DNA of 63,565 nucleotides, counting the filler, from Choristocarpus tenellus KU-1152 (taxonomy: Eukaryota; Protista; Phaeophyceae), in assembly GCA_964200185.2 (NCBI GenBank). It is 9 parts of 9 records of this genome, joined end to end, with 100 filler letters (N's around TTAATTAATTAA, not from the genome) between each part and the next. Parts side by side here need not be neighbours in the genome. Positions count along the whole stretch, not along the records: positions 49,336 to 60,737 come from CAXNAD020002335.1; positions 60,838 to 63,565 come from CAXNAD020025262.1; 7 more parts are not named here. One strand, given 5' to 3'. The translations under genes and the position numbers were made by a program. This document shows positions 49,660-61,910 of this stretch, one piece after another (within the stretch, counting starts at the first letter, position 1; each line of letters opens with the position of its first letter). Below the pieces are notes generated by a model. It worked only from the letters and a program-made list of their open reading frames with translations. It was not told the DNA's origin and did no database searches.

Positions 49660-52600
49660 ATGGGCGCTTTGGCTAACCTCTGTGTCGAAACAGAACCAAA
49701 GAGGGTGGAGAGTGAGAAATTCGTGTCAACAGATATGTTTGATGAACAATTGAGGTTGGGGGGATGTTAGCATAGTAAGCTTGCTTGTTTTGAGTCCTTT
49801 TGAGGCTGGGGAAAAATGTTCTCAGTCTTGTCATTGTATTATATTTATTATATTGTGTTATAGTATTGTATTATAGTATTGTATTATATATTGTATTATA
49901 TTGTGTTTTATTGTGTTAATTGTGTTACATTGTGTTACATTGTATCATATTGTATTATATTTTATTATATTGTATTATATTATTATATATAATGATATTA
50001 CATATTATATTGTCGTGTAGTTGCGGTGCCGGAGATGATACCTCTATTTTCAGCACGTTCCAGTAACGTATTTCTGGGTAGGGGGGAATTGAATATTATG
50101 GACTAAACCCAAATGAAATTTGAACCGTACATGTGATTATGAGAGATGTGTGTCAAAGTCGGAGGAGCAAACAACCCTACTCTCTACCACCTAACCAGTA
50201 CACACACACACATCATACAATATTTGTTGTGAAAACTGAAGAGCTCTCCATGATTTAATCGAACCCACCTCAAATCCTCAGCCCTAACCCCAGGACTAAT
50301 ATCTTTTACCCTTGACATTAACATTCTTAACTCTCTACCCTAAGTCTACGGTAAATTGACCTTTGCCCTACAATAAACATGATGAGAATTTTTATAATCC
50401 CGATACTAAGATTATTTTCCCCTTACATTAGATCTAATAGTGTAAGCTCCTTTTGTCCAACCCTAAGACAATTAGCTCTTTACCTTGATAGAGACATTGC
50501 AGCGTTGTTGCCTTGACCGTACCTGTTAGTCTTTTCTCTTTACAAACAAACAATGTTGCTGTTTGTCCTTGAGGCACCAACATTATTTGACTTCTACACT
50601 AACCTTACCAATGTAGCTCTTTGCTCTAACACTATGCATACTGATTTGATCTCTACCCTAACCTAAACACCATTAGCTATTTGCCCTAAACAATGGATAT
50701 ATTTGATCTCTACCCCAACCTGAACACCATTAGCTATTTCCTCTAACACTGCATTTCATCTATTTGATCCCTACCCTAACCCTAACACCATTAGCTATTT
50801 TCCCTAAACGCTGGATATATTTGATCTCTACCCCAACCTGAACACAGTTAGCTATTTCCCCTAACACTGCATTTCACCTATTTGATCCCTCCCCTAACCC
50901 TAACACCATTAGCTACTTGCTCTAAACACTGGATATATTTGATCTCTACTCCAATCCGAACGAAATTAGGCATTTACCCTAACCCCATATAACACTTTAC
51001 TCAGTCACACTACTCTTTTTTTCAATACTATGCTCACATGTGCACATGCGTTAAGCACGTATGGCTTGTTTGCGCCAAGCCTTGAGATTGGGTGTACATC
51101 TAATGCGGAAAGAAAGACATTGAAATAAAACCAACTACTTGCAGCAATATTGGCAATGTGATTGGGGGTTTAGGGAGACAGTTCAAAAATAAAAACACGT
51201 ATATCCATTGCAAGGTACAGTACTATTAATAGCCTTCCTTATCTACATATGTCGCAGTTGGTCCAAATCGGATATGTTTACCCTTCAGCGCCTCCGAAAA
51301 GGTCAGTCCATATAAGATAAGCACTGTATTAATAAGAATCTTGTCAGAAAAAGACTCTTTTATTTAGTGATTATTGTAATTGAATAGCAACGATGTATTA
51401 ATGTTGTGTGTGTGTGTTTTGTTTTTTTTAATAGCATTACTAAGTTCTGAGTGCTGTATCAATCTCGGCACAGCCAAGGCTTACTACCAGGAGTACCATT
51501 ATTTTCATCGCAGTTGTGCTTCTGTGATTATGCTTAGTGATAGTACTGAGTACTAATCTTGGTACAACTAAATCTCACCATTAGCATTATTGTTGTTACT
51601 GCTATTGTTGTTATTGTAATGTATGTATATGTATATGTATATGTATGTATACATATGTATACATATGTATATATATACTTATCTGAGCAGAAGCACCAAC
51701 CAGAGGGCGTGCTGCAGTTTTTGCCAAGGGGAAGGACGCCAACCAAGTCTACAAACACCAAGTGAGAAGATGAGAGAAGATGAACAACAAAAATCTTTGT
51801 TTCGATTTGATTATATTTTGTGCAACCTAGCTTACTGAAACCAGGGGGAAAATGTTGAGATTTGGATAAGGATTTGAAAGAAATAAAGGTGGGAAAAATG
51901 AAGATCAACAGATGGCGCCACCTTCCATAGCAGGTTTGAAATGTTTTTCTTCTTTCTCATGTTTGCACTACCCACCGTTTGGAACAAAACAATGTGTCTT
52001 TGAAGCTGTGAGCTGATCTGAGAAGAAGCAAGAAAATTCCTGGTTCTTTCAGGGGTCGAGAATTCGTGCAGGTTTTCCAGGAGGAAAGAAAGAAAACATA
52101 TATGTACACACCCGAAAGCATTTAAGAGGGTAGGGCCATATCCGTTTGGGGTCATAAATCCAGTTTTGCGATTTAGAAATCTTGTCCATTGTGTTTGTTA
52201 GCAAGTGTCAGTATCCTTTCTCTGGACACACCTTTCATAGTCATATACATATTAGGGTTAGGGTAACTTTGCTCACATAGAAGACCGAAAAAAGGGATAA
52301 TAACTCGTGCAGAGTCAAGACCTGAATGGACAAACAGGTCAAACCTCATACCCTCTTAAATGCTTTAGGTCTATAAAGAATGAAATTGACTTTGTGAACC
52401 TTGGGCGACAAAACCCACAGTTGGATGGTGGACATTGTTACATTGTGTGACACAGTTCAAACTATCATTGAGTTGTGTTGAACAAATCTCACGGCTAACA
52501 TGTCACACAATATGTCACACAGTATGTCACACAATATGTCACAGAACATGTCACACAATATGTCACACAGTATGTCATAGAACATGTCACACAATATGTC

Positions 52601-53450
52601 ACACAGTATGTCATAGAACATGTCACACAACATGTCACACAATACGTCACACAATATGTCACAGAACATGTCACACAATATGTAACACGGTATGTCACAG
52701 AACATGTCACACAATATGTCACAGAACATGTCACACAATATGTCACACAGTATGTCACACAACATGTCACACAGTATGTCACACAATATGTCACACAGTA
52801 TATCACACAACATGTCACACAGTATGTCACACAATATCCGACATTATTTCTCATTTCTAAATAGAATTTCCCTCCTGTATGATACTCTGCAGACTTTTTA
52901 CATATACTACCATTTGGAGTAGATAGGATGAAGTGTATACTAAGTAGAGTACTACTCCACAGCTGACAAATGAAATGCACCCATTGCCGCAGAGAATGAA
53001 ACCATCTAATGGGGGGATTGGTTGTGGACCCCTCTCAGAGTTCTTGAGGACGTTTTGAACCTTTTGCAATGTGCACCACGACCATAGTCAATTCCCATCA
53101 GGAGGGTGTGGCCGTGGAAGAAACATTAGGTATCATATATCACAATGTTAGCCTCAAGCTCTCTCCACAGTGGTCAAAACTCATCTGCCATATTTACCAC
53201 AAGGAAGTCGTAGTAGGAGTCCTTCAAACTCAGCAACACACCTCATCATAGAGATGTTATCACTCTGCAGTAATGTGGCCTTGAGGAGGTTGTTATATCT
53301 TCCTTTCGTTTTGGCAATCATGGATGTAGTAGCTCTTCCTAATTTAGTTTATGATAATGATAATGGTGTAATGATAATGGAAATGGAAATGGAAATGAAA
53401 ATGATGGGGATAATGGTAGTGATAATGATAATGATAATGATAACGATAAC

Positions 53451-53485
<35 letters not shown>

Positions 53486-56400
53486 TATTGAAAATGATAT
53501 TGAAAATGATAATGATAATAGTAATAATAACAATAACAATAACAATAACAATAATAATAATGATCATGATAATGATATTGAAAATGAAAATGAAAATGAT
53601 AATGATAGTGGTACAATGGAAATGGAAAGGATAGGGACAATGCTAGTGATAGTGATAATCATAATGATAAAGATAGCATCAACAATAGTGATAATGATAG
53701 TGATAGTGATAGTGATAATGATGACCATAACGATAGTAATAGAGATAATAATAATGATACTGATAATGATTACGGTTATGATTATGATCAAGATCATTAT
53801 ACGTAATGCTCTGGAGTATTTGTTAATACAATCATGATAATAATTGTGAAGAATCCGCCTACTATTGTTGTGTACCTTTCTACACTGCTCGAAATGACAA
53901 ACTAAAATAATCACCACTGGTGGTAACCATTACAAAGCTTGAGACAAGGTGGCAGGGAAAGGTGAAGGATTTCAAGCTCAGAAAGGAGGCAATGGACCGC
54001 AGCCTTGCCAGTAGACCTCATTGTCATGCCTGGGACTGTGATATTATTTTTACTAGTGTCTGCACTCTCTGCACTCCCAGCCTGATCTGTGTGTCCACAT
54101 ATCCTGCGCTTGCACCCCTAGGCAATTGACAAGCCAGAGGAGATAAAAAAGTTGATATTAGCATCTGTTTCTGCCAGCATTCTCTTCAAAAAATGCAATA
54201 CAGGAGATCTGCACATGCTGGTGGAGGGTTTTGGACTAACAGAGTGTGAAAAGGGGTGCAATGTCATCACACAGGTCAGTGCAACAACTTGCAGGCATGC
54301 AATAGGCTAGGTTGAATATGCATTACTAAGTGTAGTCTTGCCCCTTGCAATGGGCATTCAACTGTTGATATAGATTGTTTACATCCTGTCCGACAAATAT
54401 TCTCCTTCCTTCCCAACTCTGGGCCTTCCATACTCTGTAGCAATTCACCTTATACTTCAACCCAAGCTCCTTTCTCTACCCCCATCATTTGTATACTGCT
54501 GAGTCAAATAAGACAAATACTTAAAATCAGAGCAACATCAATGATGATGATAGAGTTAACAAAGATGGCAACAATAACAGTTAGAACAATTAATAGTTGT
54601 TCTGATGCTTGATGCATAATATACCAAGGTAATGAATAATATTCACAGAAAATATATCATCTTGAAGATCGAGAGGGTAGGAGAAGTAAAAAAAAAGGTT
54701 AGACACATTATATTGATCAGGTCAATGTCACATATAGAGAAAGTGTTGCCCTCCACACACGCCTCTTAATCAACTCATTATTTTCTGCTAGTTAGCTCCA
54801 ATCCATCCCAATCCTAATCCTAACCCTAACCGTAACCACTTCTACAAGGGAGAGCCGGGGGAAGATTTCTATGTGATCGAGTCTGGCTCTCTCCAATGCC
54901 TCGTCAGGTTTCCCAACAATCCCAATGAGGAGGTAGAGGTCCGGCCACAGTATGGTCCGGGGGAGTCTTTTGGTGAACTAGCCCTCATGTACAACACCTC
55001 TAGGGCCGCCACGTGAGAATATCTAGTGTTCTGCAGGTGGTCAGTGGGTAAGGAGTTGGAGGGAGGGGTGGTACCTCAAAGGCGGTGGCTCGGCATATAT
55101 AGAATGAGGTTGACACTGGTACACTTGAAACCGCCATCTCGATTTCCAGCTCCAATGCGTGGACTCCTCATCCAAATTGATCCTGTAAAATCTTCCTGCA
55201 CTTTGCTCTTGATCGGAATGTCTGGGTCTGTGTTTGCCATCTGAGTATTCAATTTGTTTCTCCGGCTGATTGGTTCCTTCACCAGTGAAGTCTCTGGATG
55301 ATCTATTTGCTCTGAGTAGCATGCTGCTATCTTGAAGAACTGACTTCTGTCCTGTCCCGCTGCCACTTGCAGACCTTATTGAAACCTTAACTCTACTTGA
55401 CCTACAGCACTGGTGAGTATTTACTGAACCATCTATGACACTGTGTTTCGTAGTTGTGGAGGCTTTCCCGAAGCAGGACCCCTTTGGAATCTACCTCATA
55501 GTGTGCAATGCATCAAAGTACCCCAGAGTATAATCTTCAACTAAGTTGCATGCTGGGACCCATACATGGTTTGGTACATAACATGCAAAATTCATTTTGT
55601 ACTTCAACTGAGGAATAAATTATAGACCTATGGAAGACCTCATTCCTACAGTTGTTCCACACAAGCTATTGTTCCCAAAAACAGCCTGTTGTCCAATACT
55701 GACCATTGTTGGGGTTGATCATGGGTGAGACGCAGAGTTGGGGAATGGAGATGAGTTATTGCACTTCATGTTAAGGCTTACCGGCACATTTTTGGGGAAT
55801 AGAAAATGAGATCAGCTCTCTCTTTTATGTCTCAAACAGTTGGAGAACACAATCAATCTCCTAGCTCTAGGTGTAACAAACTGTAGGGTGTGATGCCAGG
55901 TACTAGGCACTGCCGCTCGGCTGTCCTTGTTGCCACTTCAGATATCTGGTGAAGAATGTCAAATTAGAGTTCTGTTGTTTCATTTTCACCTTGAATGCAC
56001 TCTATGGCTATCAATATATTTTGTCAAGTTGTTGGTTGCACCCATGCAGTCTTGGTTTGCATGTGTCCAAGGCATTTCATTCCTCTGCTTACTGCTCTCC
56101 TCCCCATGAGAAAAAGCATCTTAGAGGCTACAAGTTTTTCCCTGTTTGTCCATTTAAGGCTTTGCTTCCCACGGGTTTTTAATGATATTTTATCTACTCC
56201 AAAATGTTTTGGAGTAGGTAAAATGTATACGTTATGAAAAGGTGTGTTCAGAACAAGGATATTGACACTTCCTAACAAACACGATAGCCAAAACTATATC
56301 AAAATTGCAATATTGGATTTTCGCCCCAGAATGGAAATGGCTCTACCCGATAAGATACAATGACTCCATCACACTTGGAGTATATCTGAGCCCATGCCGG

Positions 56401-59204
56401 GGGGTCCTTGGTTCCCATTGTACCATTCCATCACACCCCTGCTGAACCGTCGCTTACCATGAATCAGTCAGTTTGGCAGTGAAGAGAGAGGGTACTTGAC
56501 AAGAAGTGACCGAAGTCATGTCCTAGTCCCAACCAGAACCCTGTCCTAGACCTACTGTAGTCAGTGGAACATCTACAAAGTGTTACCTTTACCCCCAAAA
56601 AGATTCGACAGAAACACAAGAAGTACAGCAAGGGCTGACGAGCACATCTAAAAGTTACAGCAAAAACCTTGGACGATATATGAATTGTTTACCTTTAACG
56701 CTTCCACCTCAAAATGTTTCTAAACAGCAAGATCCACATCATGATATGAAAGTAAGGAAAAAGGTCGAGAGAATCTGAGCCTCGAATGTGACTGTTCTCT
56801 GATGTATCCTCTATTGCAAATATATCTCTCCCCTAACTCTGGATCCAGAGTGCGAGCTGCTACGCCATGCAAGTTGTGGACCATCAAGCGTTCAACAGTT
56901 CGGGGCATCCTCACATATCGAAAAGAAATGGTCATGAACCACCGCCTGAAATTGCTGTCTGGTGTCGTCATCAAAGAGAAGAAGATTTGTGACCTGCTCT
57001 CCACACGTGAGAAGAGAGTTGGGTGTTGGGATATGAAGAATAAACAAGGGAGGGGAGTGATGCCAAGCATTGAGAAGGTGTGGAGTAGGTTGCAGGATGA
57101 ATGCTCGCCTCCTTTTACCTCAACAGCACAAGTAGGATTTTCCATTGGCTAGAATGGTACTTCATGCATTGTGGCCGTACCGCTTAGATATGTACTATTC
57201 AGCAATAATAACAGGAGTATTGTTGTTAACGTTTTCAATACTGTATTGTTGGCGTTGTTGTTGACTTCTTGTGATTGTTCGATGCTGTCAACCTTTGTTG
57301 TTGTTATGGTTGTAGTATTATCATGAATGTTTTGATCATATATGCTCCGTACATCATTATTCATAATGTTATTGATCGCTACATTTTGTGTCAATATTTA
57401 CCATTACTTCTATTCTTGGTATGGCTCGAGGGAACCTGATAGGATCAAGGCTTGACCAGAGGAGCAAGTCAGGAATTCAGGAGTGGCCTAGGGTAGGGTA
57501 TGCCAACCATGCCCGTGTGTGTCCAAGGTGTCAACCAACCTTAGTCACATTTTAGTACTGCAATAGGAGAGATCATGAGGGCTTCCTTTCCTTCCTTTCC
57601 TTTTTTTTTTCCTCTGCATGGAAACGTTTTGCACGGATGCTCATTTTCCACTTTAAAGATCCTGTCCTTGAGCTGACACCAACCTTAAACCTCGTATCCA
57701 GATCCTTCTCCTAGTACCTCCCTTTATTCCTGGTTCCCATTTACCCTATCCCTGACATTGGCCATAACCAAGCCCTGCAAGATTCCTCTACCCCAAGCCT
57801 TCTTCTTACCCGTGACCACAGACCGTACTTGTCGTCACATTAGTGACTTAGTGTCTTTTTCGAAATATGCTTCCACTGTTGCAATGTATACACTATATTC
57901 TTCGCCGTCTTGTGTGTGTGGTAGACAATTTGGAGCAGCTGGCATCTGGTCTGGACGAAGAGCACTTTGGAAAGGGTGACTGCATTGTACGCCAGGTGAG
58001 GTATACACATACACATTTGTTTTTCAATCATACATATTATTTTTCTATTACTATTATTACTTGATACGACTATTTTTTGTGCTGTCAGCATGAGTGAGGC
58101 TTGTCGTACAGAGGTGAGCAGAAGTGTTGCAAGTAGCACCAAAGAGACGTTTTTTTTCTTTTAACCATAACCCTAACCCTATTGAAGCTCACGAATACTC
58201 ATTCACGAAAACACAGTATGTTCTCCTTTTAGCATGTAGGGCGCCCCAGACTGAGTAGCTACTAGCACAAGAGGGCCAAGTTGCAATGACTCCTATCAAC
58301 AAATCGCAGAACCCTTGTTGCAAGCCTTCGAGACTGACAAATCGAGACTGACAAATCGAGACTGACAAATCGAGACTGACAAATCGAGACTGACAAATCG
58401 AGACTGACAAATCGAGACTGACAAATCGAGACTGACAAATCGAGACTGACAAATCCATCATCATTCCCGAAGTGTAAGTGATATGGGGATCTCATGGCAG
58501 TTGTCCTCCCTCAGAGTCACTGTGTCACTTGTTGATACGCACAGAAGTGAAGTACAATATATTGCTGAATGGATATATCAACCACACCCTTTAACTGTGA
58601 TGTGACTTTGATTTACTTTGCGGTACTCGAATGCTGATGGACAAACAATTTGTTTTTCAGAGATAAACTGACTCGGTGCTTTGGATTCTGGTGATGCTTT
58701 GTTGTTGGTTTGAAGTATGGCATCCTATCAATACCTTATATCAAGAAAGACAGGCAAAGTGATGTAGCTGGACTTGAAGTCTTTGAAAGCTAATAAAAAA
58801 TCTAACCCTACACCTAACACTAACCCTATCTCTATCCTATAGATGACCTACAATAAAGGGATAGGGGGCGTGAACTCAGTTGTACATGCAACAGTTTGAA
58901 TGCACCCATACTATTCCTCAAACTCAAAGAAACACCTTCTAGTGAAATTTCTCCAGAGCAAGTCCCCCATACCTTTCCCAAAGGGAAATGTGAGACACAC
59001 AGGATAAGTCTTGGGGAATAATAGATGGGTCGTTGACGGCTGATGCAACTAACTCTCTTCCCTCCTACCCTACCCACCGCCGCAGGGGGAGCAGGGAGAT
59101 GTATTTTACATCATTGATCAGGGGGAAGTAGAAGTTTACGTGAAGAAGAGCGAAGAGGGGGAGGAATTCAACGGGGGCATGGGGAAGATGATTGTAACCC
59201 TTGG
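49660..59204 (+). CDS. Cyclic-nucleotide-binding protein (PKA regulatory subunit-like, or N-terminal half of a PKG-like kinase), partial
   Basis: Exons 49660-49754, 51258-51301, 51691-51761, 54122-54274, 54849-55012, 56849-57006, 57925-57995 and 59086-59204, all GT-AG and phase-consistent. Motifs: MGALANLC; RGRAAVFA; VITQGEPGEDFYVIESG; GESFGELALMYNTSRAATVRA; second CNB IVRQGEQGDVFYIIDQGEVEV. Confidence 0.92.
49832..50012. repeat. AT-rich (TATTG/TATTA)n degenerate microsatellite
   Basis: Seen directly, in intron 1. Confidence 0.85.
50280..50990 (+). repeat. Hierarchical CCCTAA-containing minisatellite (57/61-bp alternating units)
   Basis: tttgatc starts at 50645, 50702, 50763, 50820, 50881 and 50938. 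Confidence 0.88.
52110..52371 (+). mobile_element. MITE subfamily B' (full length)
   Basis: TIRs aaagcatttaagagggta / taccctcttaaatgcttt; interior homologous to family B. Confidence 0.8.
52497..52836. repeat. 12-bp minisatellite (atgtcacacaat / atgtcacacagt / atgtcacagaac), ~28 units
   Basis: Seen directly; intronic. Confidence 0.95.
53350..53845. repeat. (ATA/ATG/GAT)n degenerate trinucleotide tract
   Basis: Seen directly; intronic; source of the poly-Ile/Met ORFs. Confidence 0.95.
56108..56366 (-). mobile_element. MITE family B (full length, TSD CAT)
   Basis: CAT at 56105-56107 and 56367-56369. Confidence 0.88.
58329..58455. repeat. Perfect 14-bp minisatellite (cgagactgacaaat) x ~9
   Basis: Seen directly; intronic. 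Confidence 0.95.
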
Positions 59205-59432
59205 GTGAGATAACGTGCAATTAGTCCATGAGTTATTGTGCTGGATATACTTATTCATATGTTTGTGATACTTTGAGGTGTTGATGCCAAGCTATGATTT
59301 AACAGAACTGAAGTTATTGCCCTAGGGTAACTAGTGCATAAGAAATTCCGAGAGAATTTTTCTTGTATGGATCAAGCAAGCTCTCTATATTGGTACGTTT
59401 ACAAAGCAAAGGCATTTTGAAATATATTAAAC

Positions 59433-59516
59433 ACATACATACATACATAATACATACATACATACATACATACATACATACATACATACATACATACATG
59501 CATACATACATGCACA
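59433..59516. repeat. (ACAT)n microsatellite
   Basis: Seen directly. Confidence 0.93.
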
Positions 59517-59823
59517 TTTACTAAAAATGTATGGCAGTGAAAAAAGCACATTGGGGTTGTTTTTCCTCTTCCTTGGAATCTACTCCGCTGAAGCTTTGGC
59601 AGCCCAACCCCTAACCATAGTAGCAACTACCACCTTTGACGTAGATGCTCAAACACACCTCTAACCCCTCTCAATATTCACGGAGTAAACATTACCATGT
59701 AATGTATAAATACATTGTGTATGTTAAATCAAATAGAAGTATGTGTATATTTGAGACCGTTGGCGTTTTCTTGTTTCTAAATTTTTTTATTGCCTTGCCA
59801 AATACTCCAATCCATGCTAAACA

Positions 59824-60082
59824 GATTCAAAGTATCTTAGAGGATAGAGCCGCGTCCATTTGGGGGTCAAAATCCAAAAATGCAACTTTGATGTAATTTT
59901 GACTATCATGTTTGTTAGGAAGTGTCAATATCCTTGTTCCGGACACTCGTTTTCATAAGGTATACCTTTTACCTACTCCGAAATATGTAGGAGCAGATAA
60001 AATGTCATTAAAAACATGTGGGCAGTTAAGCCCAAATTGGACAAACAGGGAAGCCCTCGTACGCTCTACTATACTTTCACTC
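59824..60082 (+). mobile_element. MITE family B (full length, TSD ACA)
   Basis: ACA at 59821-59823 and 60083-60085. Confidence 0.88.
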
Positions 60083-60148
60083 ACACAATATAATAATTGT
60101 ATGGGAGTGAGGGGACAAAAGGAATCTGCAGGATGGATGCATCCAACC

Positions 60149-60444
60149 GAGTCGGAGTATCTTAGGGTTAGGGTACAGCCGCGTCCGTTTGGGAGCCAAA
60201 ATTCGATGTTGCGATTTTGATGTAATTTTGGCTATCGTGTTTGTTAGGAAGTGTCAATATCCTTGTTCCGAACACACCTTTTCATAGCTTTACACGTGAA
60301 ACCTACTCCAAAACGTACACATTTTACCTATTCCGAAACGTTTCGGAGTAGGGAAATGCCATATTAAAAAACTGTGTGGGAAGTCAAGCCCCAAACGGAC
60401 AAACAGGGAAAAACTCGTACCCTAACCCTAAGATACTTTCACTC
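60149..60444 (+). mobile_element. MITE family B variant with telomere-repeat TIRs
   Basis: agtatcttagggttagggtac (60156-60176) and gtaccctaaccctaagatact (60417-60437). Confidence 0.88.
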
Positions 60445-60677
60445 AACTGGATCACGGTAATGTTTGCTCCAAGGTATGTTCTACTATCTATGTAAGGCAG
60501 GATATTCTTTTTACAAATACATATGAACATCTTTTATTCACAAAAGCATCTAATCCCTATGCCGTTTCTAATAGCCTTGTGACTACCACAATGTAACCAT
60601 TCTCTACTCTCCTGCCCCTCTCCCTCTCTATGACTCCCTCTTACGCCTAAAGTCGTCCGTTACACTATTCAGAACAA

Positions 60678-60737
60678 GACCCAAAGTATCTGGGAGGGGG
60701 GGGGGTCTACACTAGGGTGTCCATTTGGACCAAAATC
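60678..60737 (+). mobile_element. MITE family A, left end at contig end
   Basis: gacccaaagtatctggg..gtctacactagggtgtccatttgg. Confidence 0.8.
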
Positions 60738-60837
60738 NNNNNNNNNNNNNNNNNNNNNNNNNNNNNNNNNNNNNNNNNNNNTTAATTAATTAANNNNNNN
60801 NNNNNNNNNNNNNNNNNNNNNNNNNNNNNNNNNNNNN

Positions 60838-61086
60838 GTATTCCGAATCTTACTCTGCATCTCCTTAAAATAATCACTTATTCTGTAAGGTTAACCTATG
60901 TGTTACTAATATCGTATATAGTTTGCACTTGTCAGAACTCGAGAAACAATCTTCACACTGTATGTCTGTTACAAATGTTCGTATTTCCTAAAACATGAGG
61001 AGAAAATGCTCGCGCTATTCGCTTGTAACAAATGCTCAAACTTTGTTGCAATACAAAAAGAAACGTTCACGCTATTCGCCTGTAAC
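60838..61086 (-). mobile_element. LTR family D fragment abutting Copia pol
   Basis: Matches 19981-20184 and ends at the same TGTAACA terminus. Confidence 0.7.
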
Positions 61087-61910
61087 AGAGATTGGAAGCG
61101 TGATACCCTCTCCATTACCTGACTAACTACATTGACAGCTTGTGTGAACTTTTCCCCATCCAATCAACCAGTCCCATCCCTGCAGCCCCTTCCAGAAAGC
61201 TTGGGACTAGGGAGGGGGACAAGATCTCAAAGGATTGTCCCTTCCGAGAGACGGTTAGGGGGTTGATGTGGGTCAGCAACATGGCCAGGGCAGATGTGGC
61301 TAATGCAGTGAGAGCTGTTGCCCATCATTCACATACTCCGAGCCAAGTACATCGGAGAGCTGTGACCCAGATCCTCAAGTACCACAAAGGGACACGAGAG
61401 AGTTCAACCTAAACTACCAGAAAGGCACAGGATTGGACTTGATGACCTACGCTGATATCGATTTTGTCAATGAGACTTTTGATAGACATTCTCTGTATCA
61501 GGGGGGGCAGTGATGTTTGGGGGAGCAGCAGTTGCTTGGTTTTCTAGGACCCAACGTGTCATAGCACAGTCGACTGCAGAGGCAGAGTACATAGCCACGG
61601 GGGACTGCATGAAGGAGTTGTTATTTCTGCGAGGTGTGTTGGAGTTCTTACAACCTGATAGGACTGGGTCATGTTATGTAGTGTATGAGGATAACACAAG
61701 AGCCATCCATTTGGCTAACAACCCTTTGAGTTCTGGCAGGACTAAGCACATAGATGTCTGACATCATTTCCTAAGGGACTTGGTAGCCAATGGACAAATA
61801 AGGTTTGTCCATGTTAACTCATGATGAGCACCATGTAGATGTGTTGATCAAGCCTCTAGCAGAAGAAAATACTTTTGGAGGCATGCAGGGGCTTTGCTGA
61901 AATTAGACTG
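61087..61910 (+). mobile_element. Ty1/Copia RT-RNase H relic
   Basis: PFRETVRGLMWVSNMARADVANAVRAVA..; FGGAAVAWFSRTQRVIAQSTAEAEYIA..YEDNTRAIHLANNPLSSGRTKHIDV*HHFLRDLV; frameshifts and stops. Confidence 0.93.

Noticed and set aside
52435-52980. Cys/His-rich metallothionein-like ORFs (CHTI/CDIL repeats)
   Set aside because: By-product of a 12-bp minisatellite open in several frames inside an intron of the CNB gene.
53170-53917. Poly-Ile/Met or Tyr/His ORFs
   Set aside because: Translation of an intronic trinucleotide tract.
58189-58495. ORFs with DLSVSICQSRFVSL repeats
   Set aside because: Translation of a 14-bp minisatellite.
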